Below are positions 20,219 through 28,652 of a stretch of 64,000 nucleotides of DNA, piece after piece. This DNA comes from Candidatus Marinacidobacterales bacterium. Lineage in GTDB: Bacteria; Acidobacteriota; Vicinamibacteria; Marinacidobacterales; DATDRI01. The DNA lies in contig OZ245365.1 in NCBI GenBank assembly GCA_965226495.1, positions 5,216,001 through 5,280,000 of the forward strand, in the 5' to 3' direction. The position numbers were made by a program, and so were the translations under genes. The notes beneath the pieces were generated by a model, which saw nothing but the letters and a program-made list of their open reading frames with translations, was not told the DNA's origin and searched no databases. The first letter of the stretch is position 1; each line of letters opens with the position of its first letter.

Positions 20219-21012
20219 GCACGACCTCCGTAAGCACTCAACAGAACCAAGAAAGACAGCATGAAAGCCCCGCGACCCAGGCGAGCACAATCGTTCCTCC
20301 GCCGAAATTGCAGAAAGCTCGTGGCCGCGAGCGCGAGGGCGAGGCCACTGAGAGAGAACAGGACGACGCTAGAGACTTCGTTCGTGAGGGACACCCAGGC
20401 CGCGAGAACCCAGATAGTCAGATCGGCAGCTACGACGACCTTGATCCCCTTGAACTGATGTGTCCTTTTGTCGTGCAGCGGTTCGTAGAGGGCGAACGTG
20501 AAGAACACGAGGGCCAGCGTCCCGAGCAGGAGCTGGTCGACCGGCGCCGACGCGAGTCGCGCACCGACGTACGCAAAGAACGGGTACTTGAGAAGCACGA
20601 TGTGGTACGCCACGGCGCGCGGCGCACGGTCGGCCAGCCAGCGGTACCAGAGGAAAAAGAACAGAAGCGCGACGAGATAAAGGAGCTGCAAATCCCGCTG
20701 TCCCAGTAGAAGGAGCAGAACGACTCCCACCCCAGCAACCCACAACCTGTGAAACGAAGTGAGGGAGCTGACGCGGGAAAGCACGCGCTCGGGAAACGCG
20801 ACACGATCGGTCTTCACGTCACTCAGATCGTCCCAGAGGCGGAACTGAAAGAGGAGAACCACGACCGTAACCAAAGCTCTTGGACGAGCCGCGGCATCGC
20901 CGGCCAAAAGGCTCGGAATCGCGAGAAACAGAGTGACCGGTACGAACAGCGTCAACGGGAACCGCTCGCGGCGGTATCTCAGAATCGACGAATCACTCGA
21001 CCAGATGGACAC
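20215..21012 (-). CDS. UbiA-superfamily prenyltransferase-like membrane protein (RERFP subfamily)
   Basis: Multiple TM helices; Asp-rich motif FRLWDDLSDVKTD...PERVL (analogue of NDxxDxxxD...RPL) and a second acidic motif YEPLHD. Confidence 0.75.
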   Translation of the reverse strand: MSIWSSDSSILRYRRERFPLTLFVPVTLFLAIPSLLAGDAAARPRALVTVVVLLFQFRLWDDLSDVKTDRVAFPERVLSRVSSLTSFHRLWVAGVGVVLLLLLGQRDLQLLYLVALLFFFLWYRWLADRAPRAVAYHIVLLKYPFFAYVGARLASAPVDQLLLGTLALVFFTFALYEPLHDKRTHQFKGIKVVVAADLTIWVLAAWVSLTNEVSSVVLFSLSGLALALAATSFLQFRRRNDCARLGRGAFMLSFLVLLSAYGGRA

Positions 21013-23539
21013 GACCCAAATCTCCGTCGACCTCGAGCGCGCGACCGTCCGTGATCAGACGCATGGCGTCCTTGACGCCTACGACCGAGGGAATACCGAA
21101 CTCGCGCGCCAGAATCGCTCCGTGGGAGAGGAGCCCACCTCGCTCCAGGACGAGCCCTTTGATGAGAGGAAACGCAGGACCCCAGCCTGGATCCGTTTGC
21201 CGCGTCACGAGGACGTCACCGCCTCGCAAACGCTGGCACTCCGTCACGTCGTGGAGGATCGCAGCCGGTCCTCGCACCTTGCCGGTGCCTGCACCGATAC
21301 CCACGAGAGTCTGCGGGTCTGCGGCGCCCGCGGCCCGAGCCTCCTCATCGAGCCCGTTCTCATCAAGGTGCTCGCCGACGGGCAACACGAAATGCTCCGG
21401 CGGCTCGATGCCGCCGAGCCGCTGGTGCTCGCTCTTGCGCTTAGCGATCTCGGGAAACCTCTCGCCTCCGGAGAGGAAACGATCAAGCTCCTGCCACGTC
21501 AGAAAGAACGCGTCGTCCGGGTGCTTTAACGTGCCCTGTGCGACGAGCTTCTCTCCGATGGCGAGCACAATCCGGCGGCAGCGACTGTACAGAAGTGCCT
21601 GCTTGAGACGGGCCCGTTCGCGTAGCGAGATCGCCCGGTGTGTCCACGAGAGGAGTCGAGGGAAAACCAGGGACTTCTTCAGGCTGAGCTGCGCGCGCAC
21701 GCGCTCGGTCGCCGCGACGCGACGCGACGCCTGGTCAGCTAGCGTCTCGCGCGGTGCGCGCGCCTCCGAGGCGACGTAAGGCTTCAAGAGGTCGAGCAAG
21801 CGCTCGGGGTTTTCCTGAAAGCTGGGCACCGTCATCATCAACTCTCCCGAGCAGCGGAATCCCCAGCGTTCCAGATATGCGTCGACGGTACGGTGAAATG
21901 GAGCGAAACGCTCTTCGTTTTCCAAAGCGCGAAGGATCTCGCCGCTGTCTTTGTTCCGAAACAGCGCCGCGAGCTCCGAATCCTGGCGAACGAGCCGCGA
22001 TAGCTCCCAGAGGTCCAACGCCGGTTGAGCACTGACGACATCGGGAAGCCCCTTCAACAGATCCCCAAGTTGGCGGTCGTCTCCGCCAAGAAGTGATTTG
22101 AGCGCGCCGCTCGTTACCATCGCGGCCGCATCGGCGAGAGATGCCCCGAGCCACCGGAAGCGACGAATTTCGAGAAACGCTCGTAGAGCGCGATGCTGGT
22201 CTCTAAGGGAGCGATCTCCCAGACGATCCGGGTGCCATTCGCTCGCGAAGCGATCAACCGTCATTTCGAACTCGTGGACGCGTCGGTCGAAGCCGACATA
22301 GAGCCAGCTCGTCTTGAGGCAGATCCACGCAAGCTCCATGGCCTGCCGCAATCTCGAATCTTTCTCGACCGAAGTCTCGCCTTCGGCACCATCCCGCCGC
22401 GTACCCACGAACTCGTCGAAAGAGCGGGTCAACCACTCACCGAAAGGAACCGCGCGGAGCACTCGGTGAACGTTTGTGACGTTGTAGTAGATCCGAGCTG
22501 CGTGGACGCCGATGATGTTTCGGAAAGCGCCGTCCGCGGCGTCGAGGCGTCGCTGGGTAATCCCGAATGCACGGCCGAGGTTTCGAAAATAGTGCTCGTA
22601 GCCGACGGCAGCGACGGAGTATAGAAACGGCGTCACTGGTCCGGGGAAATTCTCGTTGATGTTCGCGTTCGACCAGACGACACGCTCTGCTACCCGAGCG
22701 TTTCGAGTTGGAACCGTGATCGGCCTCGACTGCACGAGGTAGACGCGTCCTTCGGGATCGATCGTCCATTCGATGTCCTGAGGTCCACCGAATCGTAGCT
22801 CGAGCTCGAGTCCGAACCTTCCGAGCTCTTCGAGCTGTTTCTCACTAAGGAGTGCGTCACGGTCTTTGCCCGGAGGTTTGGTCATCCGAAGGCAGCTCAG
22901 GTCCTGCCGCCTCAACGAGAAACGACCCGGGTCGGCGCGGCCCGACACCAGAGCCTCACCGGCACCGTAAACGTATTCACCGAGGAGCTCTTCCGATGCC
23001 GAGGGCGCTCTCGTGAACAAGACGCCGGAGATCGACGCGTCAATTTGTTGCTGGACAATGACGCCCACGCCTCGCAGTCGCGCGCCGCGCGCGAGCTGGT
23101 AGGAAAGCGAGCGCTCCGACCAGGCGGACGCCCAACATGCTTTGAGCGCTTGCTCGAGTCCGTCCGCGCTCACGACGTCGGGAAACGAGTCAAGGAGGCC
23201 GGCGTAGGACGACTCGCTCCCGTCCTCGCCGACCCCGGAGCTTCGTACGATGACTCTCTGCCCCTCGAGATGCTCTTCCCAGAACCGGACGAGCTCCTCG
23301 CGCAGCGCGAGCGGCAGCCTCGAGCCGAGAAGGACCTCTCGAATCTCGGCCCCGTTCGCTACCGAATCGAGCGATCTCTCCAGCATGAATGCCTCGAGCA
23401 CTTCGTGAGGTACGACGAATCCCGGAGGCACTGGCAAGCCTTCGCCCAACATTCGAGAAAGGCGGGCCGCCTTTCCGCCCACGCGCTCGACATCGCATGC
23501 GTCCGAGAGCGGAAGAAGTCCCGCGACGCTCAAGCCCAC
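20993..23539 (-). CDS. PEP-utilising dikinase, rifampin-phosphotransferase-like architecture (ATP-grasp / substrate domain / C-terminal His swivel)
   Basis: GGKAARL, VRSSGVGEDG..SYAG, QDIEW, QSRPIT; C-terminal TDPGW...GGLLSHGAILAREFGIP. No pyruvate-binding barrel. Confidence 0.9.
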   Translation of the reverse strand: MGLSVAGLLPLSDACDVERVGGKAARLSRMLGEGLPVPPGFVVPHEVLEAFMLERSLDSVANGAEIREVLLGSRLPLALREELVRFWEEHLEGQRVIVRSSGVGEDGSESSYAGLLDSFPDVVSADGLEQALKACWASAWSERSLSYQLARGARLRGVGVIVQQQIDASISGVLFTRAPSASEELLGEYVYGAGEALVSGRADPGRFSLRRQDLSCLRMTKPPGKDRDALLSEKQLEELGRFGLELELRFGGPQDIEWTIDPEGRVYLVQSRPITVPTRNARVAERVVWSNANINENFPGPVTPFLYSVAAVGYEHYFRNLGRAFGITQRRLDAADGAFRNIIGVHAARIYYNVTNVHRVLRAVPFGEWLTRSFDEFVGTRRDGAEGETSVEKDSRLRQAMELAWICLKTSWLYVGFDRRVHEFEMTVDRFASEWHPDRLGDRSLRDQHRALRAFLEIRRFRWLGASLADAAAMVTSGALKSLLGGDDRQLGDLLKGLPDVVSAQPALDLWELSRLVRQDSELAALFRNKDSGEILRALENEERFAPFHRTVDAYLERWGFRCSGELMMTVPSFQENPERLLDLLKPYVASEARAPRETLADQASRRVAATERVRAQLSLKKSLVFPRLLSWTHRAISLRERARLKQALLYSRCRRIVLAIGEKLVAQGTLKHPDDAFFLTWQELDRFLSGGERFPEIAKRKSEHQRLGGIEPPEHFVLPVGEHLDENGLDEEARAAGAADPQTLVGIGAGTGKVRGPAAILHDVTECQRLRGGDVLVTRQTDPGWGPAFPLIKGLVLERGGLLSHGAILAREFGIPSVVGVKDAMRLITDGRALEVDGDLGRVHLVE

Positions 23540-24114
23540 CGCCGCTTCACACCCATCGAGAACAACGCCGCGCTAAACAAGAGATGAATCCCGGGACCGA
23601 TGAGAAGGACGAACAACCACATCTTCCAGGGCGTGGGAACCACGAAGCTCATCACCACCAGCATTCCCACGATCGAGTCCAACCGGTCGCCAAAAAAGCA
23701 AACGAGTCGGGCCAGACGGCTGCGCGGTGCACAGCCCGGTGGCACGCTGAGCTGTCGTTTCAGGAAGGAGTTGGGCATTTCCCCGAGCATGAAGCCGAAG
23801 CTCGCGAGCCCTCCAAGAGCAAAGAACTGGAAACCGGTGAGCGGCCAAATGCCGTCGGTCCACGTGGGATGCAAGGTAGCGAGCAAGTGATGGAGGCCTG
23901 CGAACGCGAGGGCCGCCGCGGGCACCATGACGATGAAGCCTCGGGGCGTTTTATTGTCGCCGAAGATACGCTTTCCGCGAAAGCTTCGTCCGCCGTCGAG
24001 CGGCGTCGTGAAACGCCGCGACAATGCCGTTCTCAGCCAGATTGTTTGAACAATGCCGGCAAGCGTGAAAGCGACGACGACAAAGAGCGCGCACGAGAGC
24101 GGGTCGAGATGCAT
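23530..24114 (-). CDS. CDP-archaeol synthase (CarS/DUF46)-like cytidylyltransferase
   Basis: PLDGGRSFRGKRIFGDNKTPRGF, GEMPNSFLKRQLSVPPG and DRLDS are CarS-family motifs. ATG 24114 overlaps the desaturase stop (TGATG). Confidence 0.85.
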   Translation of the reverse strand: MHLDPLSCALFVVVAFTLAGIVQTIWLRTALSRRFTTPLDGGRSFRGKRIFGDNKTPRGFIVMVPAAALAFAGLHHLLATLHPTWTDGIWPLTGFQFFALGGLASFGFMLGEMPNSFLKRQLSVPPGCAPRSRLARLVCFFGDRLDSIVGMLVVMSFVVPTPWKMWLFVLLIGPGIHLLFSAALFSMGVKRRWA

Positions 24115-25076
24115 CACACCTCGGAGCTGGACTGGGTTCGATTCTGGAACATGAAGACTTCTGCGGGTAGCCGTCGGGCGGCGAGAATCCAGCGCCACCA
24201 GACGGCAATATTCTTGGGCTGGTAGTCGACACGGGAAAGGAAGTAGCCTGGAATCTGTGGATGGATGTGGTGAAGCTCGTGCGCGTCTACGTTGGCCAGA
24301 ATCCATTGCGAGAACCAACGCGGGAAGCGAAGTGAGCGCGTGAACACCTCCTGCTCGCGAGCCGAGAAAGGTCGGACCGATTCGTTGCCGCTGACCTTCA
24401 TCGGAACGTGGGTGTGCTGACTCAGAATGAGGGAGTCGATAAAAACCATACTCAGCAGAACTCCGACGCCGAGACTGCGCAGCAAGGTCGAGAACCCAAA
24501 GGCGTAGATGACGCCCACATAAAGGGCGGCAAGTCCCAGAATGTTCACCGCGATGCGCTTTCGAAGGGGAGAAGCGGGAAAGAGTTTTTGCAGCCGCGGC
24601 CAGTTCCAGAAGTTATTGATGCGGTAGACGAGAACGAAGATGGGAATCCAGAATCGCCAGCAAACGTTCATCAACACACGTTCTGCACGAGAGAGCTCTC
24701 GCGGCACGAGCGTCGCCGTCGTGGGATCCAGATCCTGCCAACCAGTCCAGTGGTGATGCTGGTTGTGGATGGCCGTCCAGGCGTGAAAAGGGATGAAGCT
24801 GAAAACGCCCGCGATTTGGCCCGCGAGGTGGTTCCACCGAGGGGTTCGAAAGAGAATTCCATGCCCGCATTCGTGGAGGAGCACAAACCACTGCACGAGC
24901 GCAAGAGCCAGGAGAGCTTGCCCGACGACCCAAGCAATGGGATGGGGGCGCCCTGCGAGGGCGATTCCGGCAACCGTTAACAGGAGGCAACCGAAGAAGT
25001 AGAGTCCTCCGAACGTGTCGCGAGGCCGGAGGTGGATGACCTCGGCAGGTAGCGGGGCGTTCAATTCCAATGACAT
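24114..25076 (-). CDS. Membrane fatty acid/lipid desaturase
   Basis: His boxes HECGH, HNQHH and HELHH; TM segments; SD AAGGAGAGG. Confidence 0.9.
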   Translation of the reverse strand: MSLELNAPLPAEVIHLRPRDTFGGLYFFGCLLLTVAGIALAGRPHPIAWVVGQALLALALVQWFVLLHECGHGILFRTPRWNHLAGQIAGVFSFIPFHAWTAIHNQHHHWTGWQDLDPTTATLVPRELSRAERVLMNVCWRFWIPIFVLVYRINNFWNWPRLQKLFPASPLRKRIAVNILGLAALYVGVIYAFGFSTLLRSLGVGVLLSMVFIDSLILSQHTHVPMKVSGNESVRPFSAREQEVFTRSLRFPRWFSQWILANVDAHELHHIHPQIPGYFLSRVDYQPKNIAVWWRWILAARRLPAEVFMFQNRTQSSSEV

Positions 25077-25123
25077 CAGCGATGCCTCTCCTTCGAAACT
25101 TACTACCTTCCCCTTGGGGAATG

Positions 25124-25153
25124 GGTTTACACTGAGAGGCTTGCGCGTGTCAA
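25124..25153 (-). promoter_or_regulatory. Candidate sigma70 promoter of the lipid operon
   Basis: TTGACA (minus strand, 25153-25148) followed 17-18 nt later by a weak -10 (GTAAAC/TAAACC), upstream of the desaturase. Confidence 0.35.
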
Positions 25154-25170
25154 CACCGTGAAACGAATGG

Positions 25171-26229
25171 CTAAGGGATCTCGCAGAGCAGGATGTGCTC
25201 TTCGTAAACGGAGCCGATCAAGAGCCACTTCTCATAGACGGCAGCGACGCTCGACGTGGACAAATCGTCGCCCAGGCTCAGGAACTCTTCTCGAAATGCG
25301 CCAGACGTTGGATCGAAAGAGAGGACTTGTGACGGCGAGAAGCTCTTGGCGTCGCGGGCGTTCTTCAAAAACGCAAGCATTTGCGGATGAGCGCCGATCC
25401 AGACCGTGCCGTCGCTTGCGACCTCGAGATTATCCACGCCGGTTCCCGTATCGTAGCTTTCTCGAAAGGACAACGAGCCCGTGTCGGGATCCCGGTCGTA
25501 CCAAAGGACGGCGCGCCCGGTCGTCGATGCGACGTAGACGGAGAGGCCGTCCGGCGAGATCGTGATTCCGTTGGGGTAGGCGACGTTTTCGGCCACGACG
25601 CGGAACGCGTTCCCGTCGTAATAGACGATGTCGGATTCGGCGCGTCTCAGGAACTCCTCGGCTGTTCGTCGAAAGCCGTTTTGATAGCGATGATCGTTCG
25701 TGGCGTAGAACTGTCTCGGACCCACCGCAAGGATATCGTTCGGACTCCGCAGGTGGTCGTCGGTCAGGGTCTCGCGATGCAGGAGCGAACCCTCTCGAAC
25801 GTCGAAGACCTCGATCGCGTGGCTCCCCCTGGGATGGCTGACGGCAAAGAGCGCCTCCTGGCCCTCCGGGCCTCGAAAGAGGCTCAGGCCGTGCGGTTGA
25901 AACTCGATATCGAGCTCGCCGGTCAGCTTCTTTGGTTTGGGCTCCGCGCTTCCGAGCTCGAGCGCGTAAATCGCTCCTCGCACCCGCTGTCCCGTTCGCT
26001 GCGCCCGCCGATCCGTCGACGAGATGAACGCAATCCCAGTCTCCGGATGCACGGTAATGTCTTCCGGTCCCGGCATGCCGCCGACGGGCCGGCAGCTGCC
26101 CTCGAAGTGAGGCTCGATCGTCTTGAAATGCCCGGCTGCCTGGAGAGCGTCGAACGCGAACCACGCGAGAATCCCGAGCAACACGAACGCGACGAGCGCT
26201 AGCTTCCTCATCGATTCAGCGGATAACAT
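25171..26229 (-). CDS. Paraoxonase/arylesterase-like six-bladed beta-propeller hydrolase, membrane anchored
   Basis: N-terminal TM; GPEDI, PHGLS, SPNDI, TNDH, PNGI and VDNL match PON/SMP-30 motifs. Confidence 0.85.
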   Translation of the reverse strand: MLSAESMRKLALVAFVLLGILAWFAFDALQAAGHFKTIEPHFEGSCRPVGGMPGPEDITVHPETGIAFISSTDRRAQRTGQRVRGAIYALELGSAEPKPKKLTGELDIEFQPHGLSLFRGPEGQEALFAVSHPRGSHAIEVFDVREGSLLHRETLTDDHLRSPNDILAVGPRQFYATNDHRYQNGFRRTAEEFLRRAESDIVYYDGNAFRVVAENVAYPNGITISPDGLSVYVASTTGRAVLWYDRDPDTGSLSFRESYDTGTGVDNLEVASDGTVWIGAHPQMLAFLKNARDAKSFSPSQVLSFDPTSGAFREEFLSLGDDLSTSSVAAVYEKWLLIGSVYEEHILLCEIP

Positions 26230-26296
26230 ACTACAAGTGCGCCGATGGACCAGCCTACCTAGCTCAGTCTCCTGCCGCCTTCAACCATCGCACACT

Positions 26297-27100
26297 CGCC
26301 ATGGGACACGTCCGCTACTCGACCGCCGGGGAGAACTCGGGCGTCAATGTTCAGCCGTTACTCATCGATTGCAAGTTCGGCGAGATCGCCGTCTGCCACA
26401 ATGGGAATCTGGTCAATGATCAGGTCCTCAGAAAAGACCTGGTGGATCGTGGATCCATCTTTCGCACCAACAGCGATCCGCGCGGATTCCGCCCGCTCGT
26501 TATCGGAAAGCTCGGCGATAGCTACGTTTTTTGCTCCGAGACCTGTGCCTTGGATCTGATCGACGCGACCTATGTTAGGGAGGTCGAACCGGGGGAGCTA
26601 GTGGTCATCGACAAAAACGGACTCCGATCGATAACCACTACGTGGGTCGCACATTCATCGAACCACATCAATCGATTCGGCATTTCGGCGTGAAAGTGAA
26701 GCTCAACCCCGTGCGCTCTGTGCTCGAAGGACGGAGGGTGGTGTTGATCGACGACTCCATCGTGCGCGGAACCACCAGCCAGAAGATCGTCGGCATGGTA
26801 CGGAACGCCGGCGCCCGAGAAATCCACCTTCGCGTATCCTCCCCGCCCACCACCGGTCCCTGCTACTACGGCATCGACACCCCAGAGAAGAAGGACCTTA
26901 TTGCCGCCACTCATTCCGTCGAGGAGATCCAAGAGTTCCTAAGCGCCGACAGCCTCGCCTACCTCTCCCACGGCGCGCTCATGGCTTCGGTCCAAAACGG
27001 AGCGGATCAATTCTGCTCGGCGTGTTTCAACGGCAACTATCCAGTCCCGCTTACTGACGAAGCCCTCGGGCAACGAAAGCTCTTCGAGAAGACTCGCTAG
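26297..27100 (+). pseudogene. purF: purF relic 2 (5'-truncated, two internal deletions)
   Basis: Colinear with 11972-13154. Lacks the N-terminal Cys. In-frame deletion NSD|PRGF near 26475 and a frameshifting deletion near 26632. Confidence 0.93.
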
Positions 27101-27164
27101 GCGTCTATGCTCGTCCCACTCATCGGGGCGCGTTTGCGTCACCGCGACATCATCGGCAGACTCG
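27101..27164 (+). repeat. 64-bp sequence downstream of purF relic 2, repeated at 29553-29616
   Basis: gcgtctatgctcgtcccactc...ggcagactcg occurs after relics 2 and 3 (2 mismatches) but not after intact purF. Confidence 0.9.
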
Positions 27165-27277
27165 CGCAGCACAGCTTTCGTCATCCCTGGAGCAGGCACC
27201 AGAATCGGGCCTGAACGAGCCTAGAGGGCTTGCTCCGGTGAGGCTTTGCCGGCCCGATCTCGTCACCAGCTTGTATG

Positions 27278-27306
27278 GAGCCAGCCTTCGCCGAAGGCTA
27301 CGGCTC
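27278..27306. repeat. REP-like hairpin
   Basis: gagcc-agccttcg-c-cgaaggct-ac-ggctc inverted repeat, followed by ggcaggc. Confidence 0.5.
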
Positions 27307-27489
27307 GGCAGGCCTGGTGGGGGCCGGAACAGGTGCAGGCATACCCGCTGTCTATCGACCACGCGAGCCGAAGTGTCCTTCATACTGCACCTTCCCTCGA
27401 TTCCGCTGGTAATTCGGTCAAACCGAAGCTGAGCCGTCCTCCAAACCCGTTGAATCCACACAGATTCTCCAGCCTTTGCGGCGTCCGCG

Positions 27490-27567
27490 GGCGGCGACTT
27501 CGAGGCCCTCAATGAGCTCGACTTGACCGCTAACGAATTCAACTTCGGCATCGTCTTCCGCTTCTGA
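27490..27567 (+). pseudogene. C-terminal remnant of a probable outer-membrane beta-barrel gene
   Basis: Translates GGDFEALNELDLTANEFNFGIVFRF*: amphipathic last strand ending in Phe; no plausible upstream gene body. Confidence 0.4.
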
Positions 27568-27625
27568 GCGGGCGGCACACAACTATCGCCACCGCACGGC
27601 AGCCGTCGTCATCACCGGCTTGATC

Positions 27626-28141
27626 TCATTCAAACAATTGTTCGATCTTCTTCATCGGCATGAATAGCCTCGACGGCTGCTGGGGAAACGCCTGAAATTC
27701 GTAAGATTGATAAAAGCCAGCGGCGCCTCCTTTGGCGTCAACGACGACCGCATACGAAGCGATTTCCTTTGAGAGCTCCAAGCTTCGCCGAAGGGCATCC
27801 ATTAGAAGATGTTCGCCCAAACGTTGGCCGCGGTAGTTCTGATCGGTGGCCAGTCGACCTAGAAGGGTTGCTGGAACAAAAGGGTATTTGGGAAGCTTCC
27901 GAGCAATGTTATCGGGCAGATCGCTGAGTGCGATGGAAAACGATGAGAGCGTATAGTAGCCGACGACGCGGTGATCGACACCGGCGAGCACGAACGGCGC
28001 CGCGATGCGGTTTCTAGCATCCTGGCTAGCGCGCTGTTTGAGATAGAGGTCAAGCGCTGCGACGCCGCAAGCAAAAGACGCTCTCTCATGGTGTTTTGCA
28101 AGTGGCTCTATGGCGAATTCGTGCTCATCTGATGGCGACAA
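27626..28141 (-). CDS. GNAT toxin (TacT/AtaT/KacT-like)
   Basis: F.CG...LD.YL, PATLLGRLATD..YRGQRLGEHLL.DA, VVVDAK, FY..YEF. Confidence 0.92.
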   Translation of the reverse strand: MSPSDEHEFAIEPLAKHHERASFACGVAALDLYLKQRASQDARNRIAAPFVLAGVDHRVVGYYTLSSFSIALSDLPDNIARKLPKYPFVPATLLGRLATDQNYRGQRLGEHLLMDALRRSLELSKEIASYAVVVDAKGGAAGFYQSYEFQAFPQQPSRLFMPMKKIEQLFE

Positions 28142-28429
28142 TTACGCACTCGTGCGTTCCTTGTAACGCCGTGCGGCCGCCTTCAGCTTTGTCCCAGGTG
28201 TAGCATTGGACAATAACGCTGTCACGAAAACCTCACTGTCCCGTACGCCCAAGCGGAAAGCCTCATGCTCTTGAATGACTCCCATGGCAGCATTTCGCAC
28301 GCTCGCGATCACGAAATCCGTTAGCGAACGACCTTCTAAGGCAGCGGCTTTTTCAAACAGTTCCTTTTGAGCACGCGTGGTCCTCGCCTCTAGTCGTGCG
28401 CTCTTCGTTTCTGAGCTCGTCGTCGGCAT
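28142..28429 (-). CDS. DUF1778 RHH antitoxin (TacA-like)
   Basis: KSARLEAR...K.LFEKAAALEGRSLTDFVI; directly upstream of the GNAT toxin. Confidence 0.92.
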   Translation of the reverse strand: MPTTSSETKSARLEARTTRAQKELFEKAAALEGRSLTDFVIASVRNAAMGVIQEHEAFRLGVRDSEVFVTALLSNATPGTKLKAAARRYKERTSA

Positions 28430-28457
28430 CTCTCTACCCCCCTGACTTCATTTGTTC

Positions 28458-28486
28458 ATTGTACGGCATATTGCCGTACATGTCAA
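28458..28486 (-). promoter_or_regulatory. GNAT-RHH TA promoter with operator palindrome
   Basis: TTGACA-17-TACAAT on the minus strand. Perfect IR tgtacggca-tat-tgccgtaca (28460-28480) fills the spacer, as in kacAT-type operators. Confidence 0.85.
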
Positions 28487-28540
28487 GGGTGGGTTCACGC
28501 AAGCGCCTTGGGTGCTATGAGGCGTCACAACTCTGTTAAA

Positions 28541-28652
28541 ATTCAAGGTGGTAGAGCGTTTACTTCCTTCACCATTGGGCGTTTTTGGCGAGCTGTCTCG
28601 GACCGCCTATGACGGTAAAAGAGCTGATATGGCGGCCGCGTTCGAGGACGAC
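28541..28652 (+). mobile_element. Probable degenerate IS91/ISCR-family transposase fragment
   Basis: Across frameshifts reads VYFLHH / GELSRTAY / TVKEL / MAAAFEDD, resembling the IPKxLRxYF...LGELSRxAYETVKE segment of Y2 transposases. Recognised by eye, not searched. Confidence 0.4.

Noticed and set aside
20993-23539. Annotation as PEP synthase or rifampin resistance gene
   Set aside because: No pyruvate-binding domain, and the operon context is lipid biosynthesis; RPH similarity is architectural only.
24115-24318. Longer N-terminus of the CarS-like ORF
   Set aside because: Lies within the desaturase gene; the coupled ATG 24114 fits better.
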